From the NCBI GenBank assembly GCA_934371135.1, contig CAKRNO010000002.1, forward strand, positions 69,708-133,707: a DNA stretch of 64,000 nt. Direction: 5' to 3'. Source of the DNA: an uncultured Eubacteriales bacterium. Its GTDB lineage: Bacteria; Bacillota; Clostridia; Oscillospirales; CAG-272. Under the pieces are notes generated by a model. That model was not told the origin of the DNA and did not search any database. It worked only from the letters and a program-made list of their open reading frames with translations. Numbering within the stretch: position 1 is the stretch's first letter; the number at the start of each line of letters is the position of its first letter. The translations under genes and the position numbers were made by a program. Shown one piece after another: positions 18,122-29,292 of the stretch.

Positions 18122-18210
18122 GGAGAGCTTTGCCATCAGAATCACTTTTCATTCGGTACGGGTGCCCCCTCGGCAAAAGGCGCCGTTCCGCGACACATTT
18201 CGCAGGCAGT

Positions 18211-19437
18211 TCAGTGTTTGCCGAGACAATCGCGCGAGAGACAGCCGAGGAAATTCTTGGCGGTATATAATGTATAGCTGCCGACCTGGTCTCCCGTCTC
18301 CCCCTCCCTCACGACATTGCCCTTCTGGATCATGATCGAATAGGGCGTGGGGTGCACGATCACGATCCGTTCCCCCTCGGCGGGGAACACGAAATCGGTC
18401 CCGTGGTAGTAGTGGAAAAGCGTGCGGCGGAAGAGGCGGAACGCATATTCATGGATACAGCTGCCCTCGCTCAATAAGAGGCGGTTATAACGGCTGACCG
18501 CACTGACGATACAGCAAACGTATCGCTTCCCTCCCGCTTCGACCGAAAAGGTGCCGCACCGCTTATCGCTGAAGATTGCACGGTAGAGATGTGAGAAGTC
18601 GGAACAGGTATATCCCGCCTCCCGGCAGAGCAGCTTCAGCTCTTTTTTGAAGCGTTTGACGGCACGCAACGCTCGCAGATACCGGTGTCCGAGCAACAGG
18701 AGGAACAGGAGCACGAGCACCGCCACGAACTGCCACGAGAGGACTCCCGCCAGTGTGTAGAGCACCCCACCGAGCGCGAATGTCACAGTGGCACATAAAT
18801 AGGCGGCGAAAGCATATTGGATAGAGAGCAAAAAGCCGTAGAGCAACAGACGCCGCCAACCGGGTGCCATCTCCCGCTTTCGCCCGGCGGCATCGCTCCT
18901 CATAGCCGCCACCCTTGCGGCGACCTGCCAGTTTGTTTTGGCACTGATGTGCGCAAACAGGTTGAGCAGCGTTGCGAGCGCCGAGAGGAGCGCACCGATG
19001 ACGATCCGCCCGGCTGTGCCGGAGAGCGCCAGGTATGTCTCCGCAATCTCCCGGATCCCCTTCCATCCGATGCCGGTCGGGAGCGCCATAATCATCGCAA
19101 CCAAAACGACCGTCTCACACAGAAAAGGGGGAGATTTTATCGTCGCCAGTGCCGCATCGCGCCACCTCGGTTTGGCGAGGTCTCCCGCCGCCGCCCACGT
19201 TTGATAGCACGCAGTATCATTCAGGGCGAATTGCCGCAGGCACGAGTTGAGCACAAGGACCGAGAGCACCGCGCTCCCGATCCGGAGGATCAGCTGTGCT
19301 CTCCACCCGGCGATGGCGCGGAACTGCGGGAAGAAGCCGGCATCCAGGAGCCGTGCCGTCAAAGCGGACAGCCCGATAAACCATGCGTACAGCAGTACCG
19401 ATCTGCCGACGCGCCGAAAAAAACCGTTCAGCGTCAT
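18211..19437 (-). CDS. Hypothetical polytopic membrane protein with a Cys/His-rich cytoplasmic C-terminal domain
   Basis: 408 aa. GGAGGGAG SD before the ATG. About 6-7 hydrophobic helices in the first ~260 aa, then a ~140-aa soluble domain I do not recognise. Confidence 0.7.
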   Translation of the reverse strand: MTLNGFFRRVGRSVLLYAWFIGLSALTARLLDAGFFPQFRAIAGWRAQLILRIGSAVLSVLVLNSCLRQFALNDTACYQTWAAAGDLAKPRWRDAALATIKSPPFLCETVVLVAMIMALPTGIGWKGIREIAETYLALSGTAGRIVIGALLSALATLLNLFAHISAKTNWQVAARVAAMRSDAAGRKREMAPGWRRLLLYGFLLSIQYAFAAYLCATVTFALGGVLYTLAGVLSWQFVAVLVLLFLLLLGHRYLRALRAVKRFKKELKLLCREAGYTCSDFSHLYRAIFSDKRCGTFSVEAGGKRYVCCIVSAVSRYNRLLLSEGSCIHEYAFRLFRRTLFHYYHGTDFVFPAEGERIVIVHPTPYSIMIQKGNVVREGETGDQVGSYTLYTAKNFLGCLSRDCLGKH

Positions 19438-19605
19438 AGATCTCCCTCCGATTCTCTAAAAGTCTTTTCGCCGTATTCCGCTTGACCGGCGCTGGTACAC
19501 CGGGCTCGGGACGGCTACGCGTGAATACATAGCGGGTGCCGCTCCGCCGACGGGCGGTTCCCTGCCTTATACTGTATTCACCGGGGCATGATGACATCTG
19601 GATGC

Positions 19606-19633
19606 CAAAAAAGCACCGGGCGGACCCGGTGCT
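19606..19633 (-). terminator. Rho-independent terminator after rplQ
   Basis: On the minus strand: AGCACCGGG-N4-CCCGGTGCT followed by TTTTTT. Confidence 0.9.
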
Positions 19634-19645
19634 TCTTAAGGGAAA

Positions 19646-20008
19646 TTACTTGTTTTCCGTATCGCCGACCTTGACGAGGCGGACGATGGCGGTCTCCGCG
19701 CCGTCACCGCGGCGGGGGCCCATCTTGTAGACCTGCGTGTAGCCGCCGTTCACGTTCGCATAAGCGGGCGCAACGGTGTCAAACAGCTTCTTCGCAACGC
19801 TCTCCTTGGTGATGAAAGCGAGTGCGGCACGGTAAGCGGCGAGAGAGCCGTCTTTGCCGAGCGTGATCATTTTATCAGCGAGGGCGCTGATCTCCTTTGC
19901 ACGCGTGTAGGTGGTCTCCAGCTGACCGTTCTCGATCAGGTAGGTCACCAGGCCGCGGAGCATAGCATTTCTATGGGCAGTCGGTCTGCCGAGTTTTCTC
20001 ATAGGCAT
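19646..20008 (-). CDS. rplQ: 50S ribosomal protein L17
   Basis: 120 aa. [20 protein letters not shown] bL17 N-terminus. GGAGG SD. Last gene of the alpha block. Confidence 0.97.
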   Translation of the reverse strand: MPMRKLGRPTAHRNAMLRGLVTYLIENGQLETTYTRAKEISALADKMITLGKDGSLAAYRAALAFITKESVAKKLFDTVAPAYANVNGGYTQVYKMGPRRGDGAETAIVRLVKVGDTENK

Positions 20009-20038
20009 TTTCGTTACCTCCTATTGTATTTGGCTCCG

Positions 20039-21016
20039 TCAGTCCTCGACCTTTTTCAGATCGAGACCGAGGGAATGCAGCTTTTGGATGACCTCATCCA
20101 GGGACTTCCTGCCGAGGTTTCTGACTTTGATCATATCTTCCTCGGTACGGTTGACCAGGTCCTCTACCGTATCGATGCCCGCGCGCTTCAGGCAGTTGAA
20201 GCTACGCACGGACAGGTCAAGATCATCAATGGACATTTCAAGGATCTTATCGCGCTTGATTTCCTCACGCTCGATCATGATCTCTGCCTTCTTTGCTTCA
20301 TCGGACATATCGATGAAGAGGTTGAGATGCTCACTCAGGATCTTGGCAGCCATGGAGACCGCCTTCTGCGCCGTGAGAGTACCGTTGGTCACAACATGGA
20401 GCGTCATCTTATCGAAGTCGGTGATGTTACGCACGCGGGAGTTCTCCACAACGAAGTCCACCTTGTAAACGGGCGTAAAGATCGAATCGACGAAGATGAG
20501 GCCGAGGGGCGCGCCGTTGCCGCCCGCCTGCTCGCTGCTCACATAGTTCTGCTTGTTCTTTTCCATCGGCACATAGCCGCACCCGGAGTCAAAGGTGAGC
20601 TCCATGTGGAAGTGCGTGCCGGCGCTGACAGTCGCCAGAGGGTGAGTCGGATTGAGAATTTCGATGTCGGGATCATCGGAGATATCGCCGGCGGTCACGA
20701 GACAGGGTCCGTCCGCATCGATATACACCGTTTTGGGTCCCTCGGTATGGAGCTTTGCCACGATGCCCTTCACATTCAGGACGATCTCGGGCACATCCTC
20801 TTTCACACCGTCAACAGTGGAAATCTCATGAAGCACCCCGTCGATCTTGATCGAAGTCGCGGCATACCCTTCAAGGGAGCTGAGCAGGATGCGGCGCAGG
20901 GAGTTTGCGAGCGTGATGCCATAGCCTCTCGCGAGAGGTTCGACCACGAACTCACCTTCGCTGCCATCTTCGTTCAGAGCGCGGGATGTAATCGTAGGCT
21001 TCTCTATTTCAATCAT
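20039..21016 (-). CDS. rpoA: DNA-directed RNA polymerase subunit alpha
   Basis: 325 aa. N-terminal assembly domain and a C-terminal domain with [15 protein letters not shown]. Confidence 0.97.
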   Translation of the reverse strand: MIEIEKPTITSRALNEDGSEGEFVVEPLARGYGITLANSLRRILLSSLEGYAATSIKIDGVLHEISTVDGVKEDVPEIVLNVKGIVAKLHTEGPKTVYIDADGPCLVTAGDISDDPDIEILNPTHPLATVSAGTHFHMELTFDSGCGYVPMEKNKQNYVSSEQAGGNGAPLGLIFVDSIFTPVYKVDFVVENSRVRNITDFDKMTLHVVTNGTLTAQKAVSMAAKILSEHLNLFIDMSDEAKKAEIMIEREEIKRDKILEMSIDDLDLSVRSFNCLKRAGIDTVEDLVNRTEEDMIKVRNLGRKSLDEVIQKLHSLGLDLKKVED

Positions 21017-21172
21017 GGTTAATCTCCTCCAATATTAATTCGGGACGCTGACGACAGACCGTAAAACATACGGCCCGCCGGGTGCCAGAGGCACCGCACG
21101 GTTCGGGCGCTCCGGCGGCGGCGCGGCAGACGCCGCACCGCAAAATACCGGGCACCGCTCGGAGGTTGGCGA

Positions 21173-21799
21173 TTATTTGGAATAGAGTTCGACGATCAAC
21201 TGCTCGTTGAAGTCGAAATCAATGTCATCTCTCTCGGGGAGAGCAACGATCTTCGCGGACATATTCGCGGCGTCCGCATCGATCCACTTCGGCTTGTTGG
21301 CGGTAGCCATAGCCTCGGCGTTTGCCTTGATCTTGGTACCGTCGCGGCGGCTTTCCTTGACAGCGACGACATCGCCCGCCTTCACGAGGATGGAGGGGAT
21401 GGTTGCCTTCTTGCCGTTGAGCGTGAAGTGACCGTGGAGAACGAGCTGACGAGCCTCTTTACGGCTTGCCGCCATACCCATTCTGTACACCACGTTGTCG
21501 AGGCGTCTCTCGAGGAGGATCAGGAGGTTCGTACCGGTGATGCCTTCCTGTTGTTCAGCCATCTCGTAGTACATACGGAACTGTCTCTCGAGAACACCGT
21601 AGTAGCGGCGTGCCTTCTGCTTCTCGCGGAGCTGCATACCGTACTCACTGACCTTTTTACGAGCCGCCCCGTGCTGACCGGGAGCGGTGCTTCTGTGATT
21701 GAAAGAGCACTTATCGGAGGTGCAACGCTCGCCCTTCAGATACAGCTTGCAGCCTTCTCTGCGGCACTCTTTGCAGCTCGGTCCAGTATATCTTGCCAT
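21173..21799 (-). CDS. rpsD: 30S ribosomal protein S4
   Basis: 208 aa. [17 protein letters not shown]-terminus with a Cys cluster, followed by an S4 RNA-binding domain. Confidence 0.97.
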   Translation of the reverse strand: MARYTGPSCKECRREGCKLYLKGERCTSDKCSFNHRSTAPGQHGAARKKVSEYGMQLREKQKARRYYGVLERQFRMYYEMAEQQEGITGTNLLILLERRLDNVVYRMGMAASRKEARQLVLHGHFTLNGKKATIPSILVKAGDVVAVKESRRDGTKIKANAEAMATANKPKWIDADAANMSAKIVALPERDDIDFDFNEQLIVELYSK

Positions 21800-21820
21800 T
21801 GCTTTGAATCTCCTTCCTGA

Positions 21821-22222
21821 TTATACGCGGCGACGCTTCGGAGGACGGCAGCCGTTGTGCGGCACGGGCGTCTTATCCTGAATCTTGGTCACTTCGAGAC
21901 CGGCGGTCGCCAGTGCGCGGATAGCCGCTTCACGGCCGGTACCGGGGCCCAGCACATAGACCTCAACGGTCTTCATGCCGTGGTCCATAGCGGCTTTCGC
22001 CGCCTGCTCTGCTGCCGTCTGTGCGGCGAACGGAGTGGACTTTCTCGATCCCTTGAAGCTGGCACCTGCGGAAGCCCAGGAGATCACATTCCCTTGGAGG
22101 TCCGTAATGGACACGATGGTGTTGTTGAAGGTTGCGCGGATATGAGCAGCGCCCTTCTCCACGTTCTTCTTTTCACGACGCTTTTTGACAACCTTTTTGG
22201 TTGCGGAAACTTTCGTAGCCAT
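21821..22222 (-). CDS. rpsK: 30S ribosomal protein S11
   Basis: 133 aa. [16 protein letters not shown] and the conserved C-terminus [13 protein letters not shown]. Confidence 0.97.
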   Translation of the reverse strand: MATKVSATKKVVKKRREKKNVEKGAAHIRATFNNTIVSITDLQGNVISWASAGASFKGSRKSTPFAAQTAAEQAAKAAMDHGMKTVEVYVLGPGTGREAAIRALATAGLEVTKIQDKTPVPHNGCRPPKRRRV

Positions 22223-22233
22223 GTTCTTCCTCC

Positions 22234-22602
22234 TTACTTCTTCTTGTTCGCGATGGTCTTGACCGGACCTTTACGCGTTCTTGCGTTGGTCTTGGTGCGC
22301 TGACCGCGAACGGGCAGGCTCCTCTTATGACGGGAGCCACGGTAGCTGTTGATGTCCACCAGCTTCTTGATGTTGGTGGCAACGGTGCGGCGGAGATCGC
22401 CTTCGACATGGTAGTTCGCCTCGAGCTCCTCACGCAGAGCCGCGATCTGGTCCTCGGTCAGGTCCTTCGCGCGGGTATCGGGATCGATCCCGGTCTTTGC
22501 GAGGATCTCTTTGGAACTGGTCAGACCGATGCCGTAAATATAGGTGAGAGCGATCTCAATGCGCTTGTTATTGGGGATATCGACACCTGCTAAACGAGCC
22601 AT
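22234..22602 (-). CDS. rpsM: 30S ribosomal protein S13
   Basis: 122 aa. [26 protein letters not shown]. Confidence 0.97.
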   Translation of the reverse strand: MARLAGVDIPNNKRIEIALTYIYGIGLTSSKEILAKTGIDPDTRAKDLTEDQIAALREELEANYHVEGDLRRTVATNIKKLVDINSYRGSRHKRSLPVRGQRTKTNARTRKGPVKTIANKKK

Positions 22603-22636
22603 AGATATTTAACTCCTTTTGATTGTTGTTTGGGTT

Positions 22637-22750
22637 TCAGCCCTGTCTCTGCTTGTGCTTGGGATTTTCGCAGATCACCATCACACAGCCCCGGCGACGG
22701 ATGATCTTGCACTTTTCGCAGATCTTTTTAACGGAAGGTTTCACTTTCAT
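22637..22750 (-). CDS. rpmJ: 50S ribosomal protein L36
   Basis: Not in the ORF track (37 aa). Manual minus-strand translation gives [37 protein letters not shown], the bL36 consensus with a CxxC...C...H zinc site. It sits between infA and rpsM as expected. Confidence 0.95.
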   Translation of the reverse strand: MKVKPSVKKICEKCKIIRRRGCVMVICENPKHKQRQG

Positions 22751-22773
22751 GGTTGCGTACCTGTCCTTTCAGA

Positions 22774-22995
22774 TTATTTTTTTCTCCAGGTGATGCGACC
22801 CTTGGTCGGATCGTAGATGGACACCTCTACGGTCACCTTATCACCGGGAATGATTTTGATATAGTTTTGACGAAGTCTCCCGGAGATGTGCGCGAGCACC
22901 ATGTGCCCGTTCGGGAGTTTCACCCTGAAGTTGGCGTTGGGCAGTGCTTCCAGCACCTCGCCGTCTTCAAATTCGATGACATCATCTTTCGGCAT
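22774..22995 (-). CDS. infA: Translation initiation factor IF-1
   Basis: 73 aa. S1-like fold; [28 protein letters not shown]. Confidence 0.97.
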   Translation of the reverse strand: MPKDDVIEFEDGEVLEALPNANFRVKLPNGHMVLAHISGRLRQNYIKIIPGDKVTVEVSIYDPTKGRITWRKK

Positions 22996-23018
22996 TACAA
23001 TTCTCCTTACCGTAGAAG

Positions 23019-23777
23019 TTATTCTCCGACGTCGGTCAGGATGATGGGTCCGTCGTCCGTGATCGCCAGCGTGTGCTCGTAATGAGCCGAGAGGCGACCG
23101 TCTGCGGTCCTCACTGTCCAGCCGTCAGAGGATTCCTTAATAGCTGCTGTTCCTGCGTTAACCATGGGTTCGATGGCTATCGTCATGCCCGGATATAGGC
23201 GGCATCCACGCCCGGCAGTCCCGTAGTTCGGGACATCCGGCTCTTCATGTAGGTGGATTCCTACTCCGTGGCCCACGTATTTGCGTACAACACCGTATCC
23301 GTTCGACTCGGCGTGCGACTGAATCGCCGCACCGATGTCTCCCAGTCGGTTACCCACCACAGCGAGGCTGGCGCCCAGGTAGAAGCATTCTCTCGTGACG
23401 GAAATGAGCCTCTGCGCTTCCTCGCTCACACGGCCGACAGGAAAAGTCTTTGCACTGTCGCCGTGGTAGCCGCGATAGATGGCACCGACATCCACTTTCA
23501 CGATATCGCCCTCTTTGAGGATCACGCGATGGGAGGGGATCCCGTGGATGATCTGGTCGTTGACGCTGATACATGCGCTTCCGGGGAAGCCGGCATATCC
23601 GAGGAAGGAAGGTTTCGCGCCGCATTTCAGAATGTAGGCGTGAATAATGGAATCGAGTTCCTTTGTGGAGATACCCGGGCGGATGGCATCGCGTGCAACA
23701 AGCAATGTCTCGCCCGTGATTCTCCCCGCTTCCTTCATCAGCAGAATCTGTTCAGGTTTTTTGAGTATGATCGGCAT
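23019..23777 (-). CDS. map: Type I methionine aminopeptidase
   Basis: 252 aa. Metal-ligand regions ([25 protein letters not shown]). Canonical adk-map-infA position. Confidence 0.95.
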   Translation of the reverse strand: MPIILKKPEQILLMKEAGRITGETLLVARDAIRPGISTKELDSIIHAYILKCGAKPSFLGYAGFPGSACISVNDQIIHGIPSHRVILKEGDIVKVDVGAIYRGYHGDSAKTFPVGRVSEEAQRLISVTRECFYLGASLAVVGNRLGDIGAAIQSHAESNGYGVVRKYVGHGVGIHLHEEPDVPNYGTAGRGCRLYPGMTIAIEPMVNAGTAAIKESSDGWTVRTADGRLSAHYEHTLAITDDGPIILTDVGE

Positions 23778-23778
23778 A

Positions 23779-24408
23779 TCAAATCCCCAGAGCAGACAGG
23801 GTAAGTGCGGTAGTGTCCTCCACGCGCTCCTGCCCCTCGACGCACTTCAGAATGCCCTTTGCGGCATAGAAGTCCTTGAGCGGCTCGGTCGTGCTGTGGT
23901 AGGTCACGAGGCGGCTCTTCACCACCTCAGGGGCATCATCGCGACGGACGGAAAGCTCATTCCCGCACTTGTCGCAATGCGTACCGTCTTGCGACGGATT
24001 GTATTTCGTATGATAGGTCGCGCCACATTCGCAGGTGCGCCGCCCGCTCATACGCTCCACGATCTTGTCGTCGGATACTTCGATGGAAAGTACGGCATCG
24101 AGTGCGATGCCCATCGCGTCGAGCGCCTCTGCCTGAGGCACCGTCCGCGGGAACCCGTCCAGGATGAATCCGTTCTGACAGTCGGGTTTGGAAAGACGCT
24201 CCTTGATGATCCCGATGACGACATCGTCCGGGACAAGTGCGCCGGTCTCGGTGTACTTGCGTGCTTCCACGCCCATTTTCGTACCGGTCTTGATCGCTTC
24301 ACGGATGATCGCACCCGTAGAGATTGTGGGGATCCCCAATCTCTCGGACACGATCTCCGCCTGCGTTCCTTTACCGGCACCGGGGGCTCCGAGGAAAATA
24401 ATCTTCAT
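23779..24408 (-). CDS. adk: Adenylate kinase
   Basis: 209 aa. P-loop GAPGAGKGTQ and a Cys4 zinc lid (CECG...CDKCG). Confidence 0.97.
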   Translation of the reverse strand: MKIIFLGAPGAGKGTQAEIVSERLGIPTISTGAIIREAIKTGTKMGVEARKYTETGALVPDDVVIGIIKERLSKPDCQNGFILDGFPRTVPQAEALDAMGIALDAVLSIEVSDDKIVERMSGRRTCECGATYHTKYNPSQDGTHCDKCGNELSVRRDDAPEVVKSRLVTYHSTTEPLKDFYAAKGILKCVEGQERVEDTTALTLSALGI

Positions 24409-24437
24409 GTGCGGTTTCTCCCGGCTAAACGCCTGTC

Positions 24438-25874
24438 TTAAAGGAATCCCTTGTAGTTGCGCATGGTGAGCTGTGCCTCCAGTTCACGGTAGGTCTCCTG
24501 CACGACGCCGATGACGATGAGCAGAGAGGTACCGCCGAACGCGAAGGTGCTCGCATAACTTGCCGCGGTCGTCGCGTTCGTTACACCTGCGTTGGACAAG
24601 AGCTTCGTAACAATGGGGGTGATCACCAGCGGGCTCCCGATCATGGGGAGGACGGCGATGATCGCGAGGAAGAACGCACCCATCAGGGTGACCTTGTTCA
24701 GGACCTTTCTGATACGGTCCGCGGTCGGTCTGCCCTCACGGATACCGGGGATACGGCCGCCGTTGGCTTTCAGGTTGTTCGCCACTTCCACAGGATTGAA
24801 GGAGATCGTGATGTAGAAGTAGGAGAACAGGATGATCAGGACCACGAACATCAGCGGGTAGAACCAGCCGTCTGCCGCCATGAAGTCATAGAACTTGTTC
24901 GAGAACTTCACGGTAGCGTTCGCATCTGCCTTGAGCAGTGCATCGGCACTCTTGACGCCGCAGAGCGTCATGATGGTCGCCGGCAGGGAGATGATCGAGG
25001 AAGCGAAGATGATCGGCATGACGCCTGCCATATTCAGCTTGATCGGCAGGGTGGTCGACTGACCGCCGTACATCTTTCTGCCCTTCACCTGCTTCGAATA
25101 CTGGATCGGGATGCGGCGCTCGCTGCCCGTGACCCAGATAACGAAGACCGAAATCAGGATGAGCACGGCGATGTACCCGAGCACGAAGCCGAAGGAGCCG
25201 GAGATATAGCCTGCTTTCTTCCAGCCGGTCGCCTGCCCCTTGAAGCCGGCATAAATGATCAGCCAGACAAGGTTGTAGATCGTCGAGGGGAAGGACGCGA
25301 TGATGTTGGCAAAGAGGATGAGAGAGATACCGTTGCCGAGACCCTTCTCATTGATCTTCTCGCCGAGCCACATCACGAGCGTCGCACCGGCGACGTAGCA
25401 GGTAACGATAACGATGGCGATCAGCACCTGGACGGGCTTGGAGGCATTCGTCGCGGTGGCGGTCAGCATCTTGTTGGATTTGAGCAGCGCGTAGTAACCG
25501 TAACCGGTCAGGATCGCGAGCGCAACGGTGCAATAGCGGTTGAGCTTTTCGCTGAACGCTTTGCCCGCCTCACCGTCCTGGATCTTTCTGCCGAGGGGCG
25601 GGATCGCCACCGACAGCAGCTGGATCACGATGGAAGCGGTGATGTACGGAGACACGCCGAGAGCGAACAGGGTCGCCGCACTGAGCGCGCCGCCGGAGAG
25701 AAGGTTGAGGTAAGCGAAGATGGTGTCTCCGAAGTTCTCGGAAAAGGTGGATGCATCAACGAAGGGAACCGGGATAACGGTCCCGATGCGATAGAGGAGC
25801 AGAATCAACAAAACATAAAGAAGTTTCTTTCGAATGTCGGGCGTTCTCCATGCATTTTTCAAAGTTTGAAGCAT
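24438..25874 (-). CDS. secY: Preprotein translocase subunit SecY
   Basis: 478-aa, 10-TM protein in the conserved rplO-secY-adk position. Somewhat longer than typical SecY. Confidence 0.95.
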   Translation of the reverse strand: MLQTLKNAWRTPDIRKKLLYVLLILLLYRIGTVIPVPFVDASTFSENFGDTIFAYLNLLSGGALSAATLFALGVSPYITASIVIQLLSVAIPPLGRKIQDGEAGKAFSEKLNRYCTVALAILTGYGYYALLKSNKMLTATATNASKPVQVLIAIVIVTCYVAGATLVMWLGEKINEKGLGNGISLILFANIIASFPSTIYNLVWLIIYAGFKGQATGWKKAGYISGSFGFVLGYIAVLILISVFVIWVTGSERRIPIQYSKQVKGRKMYGGQSTTLPIKLNMAGVMPIIFASSIISLPATIMTLCGVKSADALLKADANATVKFSNKFYDFMAADGWFYPLMFVVLIILFSYFYITISFNPVEVANNLKANGGRIPGIREGRPTADRIRKVLNKVTLMGAFFLAIIAVLPMIGSPLVITPIVTKLLSNAGVTNATTAASYASTFAFGGTSLLIVIGVVQETYRELEAQLTMRNYKGFL

Positions 25875-25875
25875 C

Positions 25876-26319
25876 TTAGATCACCTCGGTCTTTCCACCG
25901 ACAGCCTCGATCTTCTCCTTTGCGGAAGCGGAAAAGACTTTCGCTTTCACTGTAAGATTTTTGACGGTAACGTTCCCGCCGCCGAGAACCTTGACCCCGT
26001 CACCGAGCACCTTGACGATGCCCGCGTTCACAAGTGCCTCCGTGTCAACGGTAGCACCCTCGGCAAAGCCGTTCAGGTCGCTGACGTTGATGACGGCATA
26101 GGTCTTGCCGAACTTGTTGTGGAAACCTCTCTTCGGAAGTTTTCTGTAAAGAGGCAGCTGACCACCTTCAAAGCCGGGGCGTACACCGCCGCCGGAACGG
26201 GCGTTCTGACCCTTGTGACCCTTGCCGGCGGTCTTGCCGTTGCCGGATCCGGTCCCTCTGCCTTTGCGGAACACGTCCTTCGTGGAGCCTTCCGCAGGAG
26301 AAAGTTCATGGAGTTTCAT
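25876..26319 (-). CDS. rplO: 50S ribosomal protein L15
   Basis: 147 aa. [12 protein letters not shown]...[19 protein letters not shown]. Confidence 0.97.
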   Translation of the reverse strand: MKLHELSPAEGSTKDVFRKGRGTGSGNGKTAGKGHKGQNARSGGGVRPGFEGGQLPLYRKLPKRGFHNKFGKTYAVINVSDLNGFAEGATVDTEALVNAGIVKVLGDGVKVLGGGNVTVKNLTVKAKVFSASAKEKIEAVGGKTEVI

Positions 26320-26337
26320 CTTTTATCCTCCTTCCGA

Positions 26338-26514
26338 TTAAAGCGTTTCCACCTTGACCAGGTGCGCTAATACTTTGATTTTGCCCTGCACGGCAGCGTT
26401 GTCCGCGACGACGATGCTGTCGCCGGGCTTACGCAGACCGAGAGATGCGGCGGTCGCCTTCTGCTTCGGCAGACGCGCGATAAGGCTCTTGACGAGAGTA
26501 ATCTTCAGATTCAT
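26338..26514 (-). CDS. rpmD: 50S ribosomal protein L30
   Basis: Not in the ORF track (58 aa). Manual translation gives MNLKITLVKSLIARLPKQKATAASLGLRKPGDSIVVADNAAVQGKIKVLAHLVKVETL, the uL30 pattern, between rpsE and rplO. Confidence 0.93.
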   Translation of the reverse strand: MNLKITLVKSLIARLPKQKATAASLGLRKPGDSIVVADNAAVQGKIKVLAHLVKVETL

Positions 26515-26526
26515 GATCTACCCTCC

Positions 26527-27030
26527 TCAGCGCTTCACGCTGTCCGCGGCGATGCCACGGGCGGCAGCGACTTCTTCCACGGTACGAAGGGATTCGAGAC
26601 CCGCGAAGGTCGCCTTGACGACATTGATGGGATTGTTGGAACGCAGGCACTTCGCACGGACGTTGGAAATACCGGCGAGCTCCAGGACGTAACGGACACC
26701 GCCGCCGGCGATGATACCGGTACCGGGGGCAGCGGGCTTCAGAAGCACCTTGCCGGAGCCGTAGATACCGAGCACTTCGTGCGGGATGGTCGAGCCGTTC
26801 ATGGAGACCTCGATGAGGTTCTTCTTCGCATCCTCGATGGCCTTCTTCACTGCGTCCGGAACCTCCGCCGCCTTGCCGAGACCATAGCCTACATGACCGT
26901 TTCTGTCGCCGACGACAACGAGCGCGGCGAAGCGGGCGATACGACCGCCCTTAACGGTCTTGGATACACGGTTGAGCACAACGAGTTTGTCTTCAAGCTC
27001 ATACTCGTTGGCATTCAGCATTTTTGCCAT
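26527..27030 (-). CDS. rpsE: 30S ribosomal protein S5
   Basis: 167 aa. [24 protein letters not shown] and GTGIIAGG motifs. Confidence 0.97.
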   Translation of the reverse strand: MAKMLNANEYELEDKLVVLNRVSKTVKGGRIARFAALVVVGDRNGHVGYGLGKAAEVPDAVKKAIEDAKKNLIEVSMNGSTIPHEVLGIYGSGKVLLKPAAPGTGIIAGGGVRYVLELAGISNVRAKCLRSNNPINVVKATFAGLESLRTVEEVAAARGIAADSVKR

Positions 27031-27086
27031 GTGATTCTCCTTAAATTTTCAATCAAAATTGCTTTTGATCGGTGTACAAACCGGAA

Positions 27087-27446
27087 TCAGAATTCGAGCC
27101 CGCCTTCGCGCGCGCCCTCAGCCAGTTCCGATACACGACCGTGATAGACGTAGCCGCCGCGGTCAAACACAACAGCGGAAATCCCTTTTGCCTTTGCTCT
27201 CTCGGCAATCAGCTTGCCGATTGCGCGGGCGGCTTCCTTATTGGAGCCGAGCCCTTCAAAGGACTTCTCATAGGTGCTGGCGGCGGCGAGGGTCACCCCT
27301 GCGACATCGTCGATCACCTGTGCACTGATATGTGCGTTGGAGCGATAAACAGCGAGACGCGGTCTCTCGGCAGTACCCTGGATCTTGGATCTCACGCGGG
27401 TATGTCTTTTAAGACGCTGAGCGTTCTTATCACACTTATTAACCAT
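27087..27446 (-). CDS. rplR: 50S ribosomal protein L18
   Basis: 119 aa. [27 protein letters not shown]. Confidence 0.97.
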   Translation of the reverse strand: MVNKCDKNAQRLKRHTRVRSKIQGTAERPRLAVYRSNAHISAQVIDDVAGVTLAAASTYEKSFEGLGSNKEAARAIGKLIAERAKAKGISAVVFDRGGYVYHGRVSELAEGAREGGLEF

Positions 27447-27465
27447 TGCTGCTCTCTCCTTTCAA

Positions 27466-28002
27466 TTACTTACCGGTCTTACCGGCTTTGCGGCGGATAT
27501 GCTCGCCATCGTACTTGACACCCTTGCCGAGGTACGGTTCAGGCGGTCTCTTGGAGCGGACTTCCGCTGCGACCTGGCCGACAGCCTGCTTATCGATGCC
27601 CTTCACGATGATGGTGGTCAGATCCGGCGCCTCGAAGGTGATGCCGTTGCCGTCCTCAAACGTGATGGGGTGCGAATAGCCGAGGCTGAGTACCAGCTTG
27701 TTGCCCTTCTTCTCGGCTTTGTAGCCGACGCCGACGAGCAGGAGCTTCTTGGAGTAGCCCTCCGTGACACCGACCACCATGTTGTGGATCAGCGCGCGGG
27801 TCAGACCGTGCAGGGCACGATCCTCTTTCTCGTCGGTGGGACGCGTCACGGTCAGGACATCGCCGTCCACCGTGATGGTCATGCGGGGGGAGAAGGTCTC
27901 GGTCAGGGTCCCCTTGGGGCCCTTGACGGTCACGACGTTGCCCTCGGCAACATCGACCGTAACATTTTTCAGCGCGACAGGCGCTCTACCAATTCTCGAC
28001 AT
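27466..28002 (-). CDS. rplF: 50S ribosomal protein L6
   Basis: Trimmed to ATG 28002 ([11 protein letters not shown]...) with a GGGAGGGG SD. The tracked start at 28023 would overlap rpsH. Confidence 0.96.
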   Translation of the reverse strand: MSRIGRAPVALKNVTVDVAEGNVVTVKGPKGTLTETFSPRMTITVDGDVLTVTRPTDEKEDRALHGLTRALIHNMVVGVTEGYSKKLLLVGVGYKAEKKGNKLVLSLGYSHPITFEDGNGITFEAPDLTTIIVKGIDKQAVGQVAAEVRSKRPPEPYLGKGVKYDGEHIRRKAGKTGK

Positions 28003-28016
28003 CTGTTTCCCCTCCC

Positions 28017-28415
28017 TTACCAAACAAAGGCGAGTACTTCGCCGCCGATGCCTGCCTTGCGGGCCTGCTTATCGGTCATGATGCCTTTGGATGTGGAAAT
28101 GATGGCAACGCCCAGACCGTTCATGACTCTGGGGAGCTTCTCCGCGTTTGCGTAGATACGCAGACCCGGCTTGGATACACGGCGCAGACCGCGGAGCACC
28201 TTGGTCTTGCCCTGACCGTACTTGAGGGTCACACGGATGATGCCCTGCTTGCCGTCTTCGATGCGCTGATACCCCTGGATATAGCCCTCGGTGAGCAGGA
28301 TATCAACGATCGCCTTTTTCATATTGGATGCAGGAATGTCGACGGTCTCATGCTTCGCGTCGTTCGCGTTGCGGATGCGGGTCAACAGATCTGCGATCAC
28401 ATCGGAAATTTGCAT
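28017..28415 (-). CDS. rpsH: 30S ribosomal protein S8
   Basis: 132 aa. [21 protein letters not shown]. Confidence 0.97.
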   Translation of the reverse strand: MQISDVIADLLTRIRNANDAKHETVDIPASNMKKAIVDILLTEGYIQGYQRIEDGKQGIIRVTLKYGQGKTKVLRGLRRVSKPGLRIYANAEKLPRVMNGLGVAIISTSKGIMTDKQARKAGIGGEVLAFVW

Positions 28416-28531
28416 TTTAAATTCCTCCTGTATGCAAGTTTATTTCGCTTGCTGCCGATGCGCGTGGCGTCGGCGGCGTACCGGCGGTTAAAGGTTGCCC
28501 TTTCCTGCCGATAGATGGGAAGTTTTGTGTG

Positions 28532-28717
28532 TTACCAGCTTGCCTTTCTGACGCCCGGGATCTCGCCCTTGTATGCGAGCTCACGGAAGCAGATACGGCA
28601 AATTCCGAATTTCCGGAGGTAAGCATGCGGTCTTCCGCAGATCTTGCAACGGTTGTATTCACGCGTCGAGAACTTCTGCTTCTTCTGCTGCTTCAGAATC
28701 ATAGATTTCTTTGCCAT
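28532..28717 (-). CDS. rpsN: 30S ribosomal protein S14, type Z (zinc-binding)
   Basis: 61 aa with CKICG...CRIC. Confidence 0.97.
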   Translation of the reverse strand: MAKKSMILKQQKKQKFSTREYNRCKICGRPHAYLRKFGICRICFRELAYKGEIPGVRKASW

Positions 28718-28735
28718 GTTCGTCTCCTCCTTCTA

Positions 28736-29275
28736 TTACTTCGCGAACGGAGCGCCCATCTTTTCGAGGAGCGACTTCGCTTCTGCGTCGGTCGTCGCGG
28801 TGGTCACGAACACGATGTCCATGCCGCGGATCTTCTCGACCTTATCGTACTCGATTTCAGGGAAGATCAGCTGCTCTTTGAGGCCGAGCGCGTAGTTGCC
28901 GCGACCGTCGAATGCGTTCGGGTTGATACCCTTGAAGTCACGCACACGGGGGAGGGCGAATGTAAAGAGCTTATCGATGAACTCATACATACGCTCGCCG
29001 CGCAGAGTGACCTTCACGCCGATCTTCATGCCCTGACGGAGCTTGAAGTTCGCGACGGACTTGCGTGCGTAGGTGGGGATGGCGCGCTGACCTGCGATCA
29101 GCGTGATCTCCTCGATGACGTTGTCGATGACCTTGCTGTTCTCCTTGGCATCGCCGCAGCCGACGTTGATGACGATCTTGTCGAGGCGCGGGATCTGCAT
29201 GGGAGTCTTGTAAGCAAATTCCTTCATCAGAGCAGGGGCAACTTCATTTTTATACAGTTCAGACATTCTAGACAT
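28736..29275 (-). CDS. rplE: 50S ribosomal protein L5
   Basis: Trimmed to ATG 29275 ([20 protein letters not shown]) with a GGAGGAGGG SD. Confidence 0.96.
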   Translation of the reverse strand: MSRMSELYKNEVAPALMKEFAYKTPMQIPRLDKIVINVGCGDAKENSKVIDNVIEEITLIAGQRAIPTYARKSVANFKLRQGMKIGVKVTLRGERMYEFIDKLFTFALPRVRDFKGINPNAFDGRGNYALGLKEQLIFPEIEYDKVEKIRGMDIVFVTTATTDAEAKSLLEKMGAPFAK

Positions 29276-29292
29276 GATGTTTTCCCTCCTCC

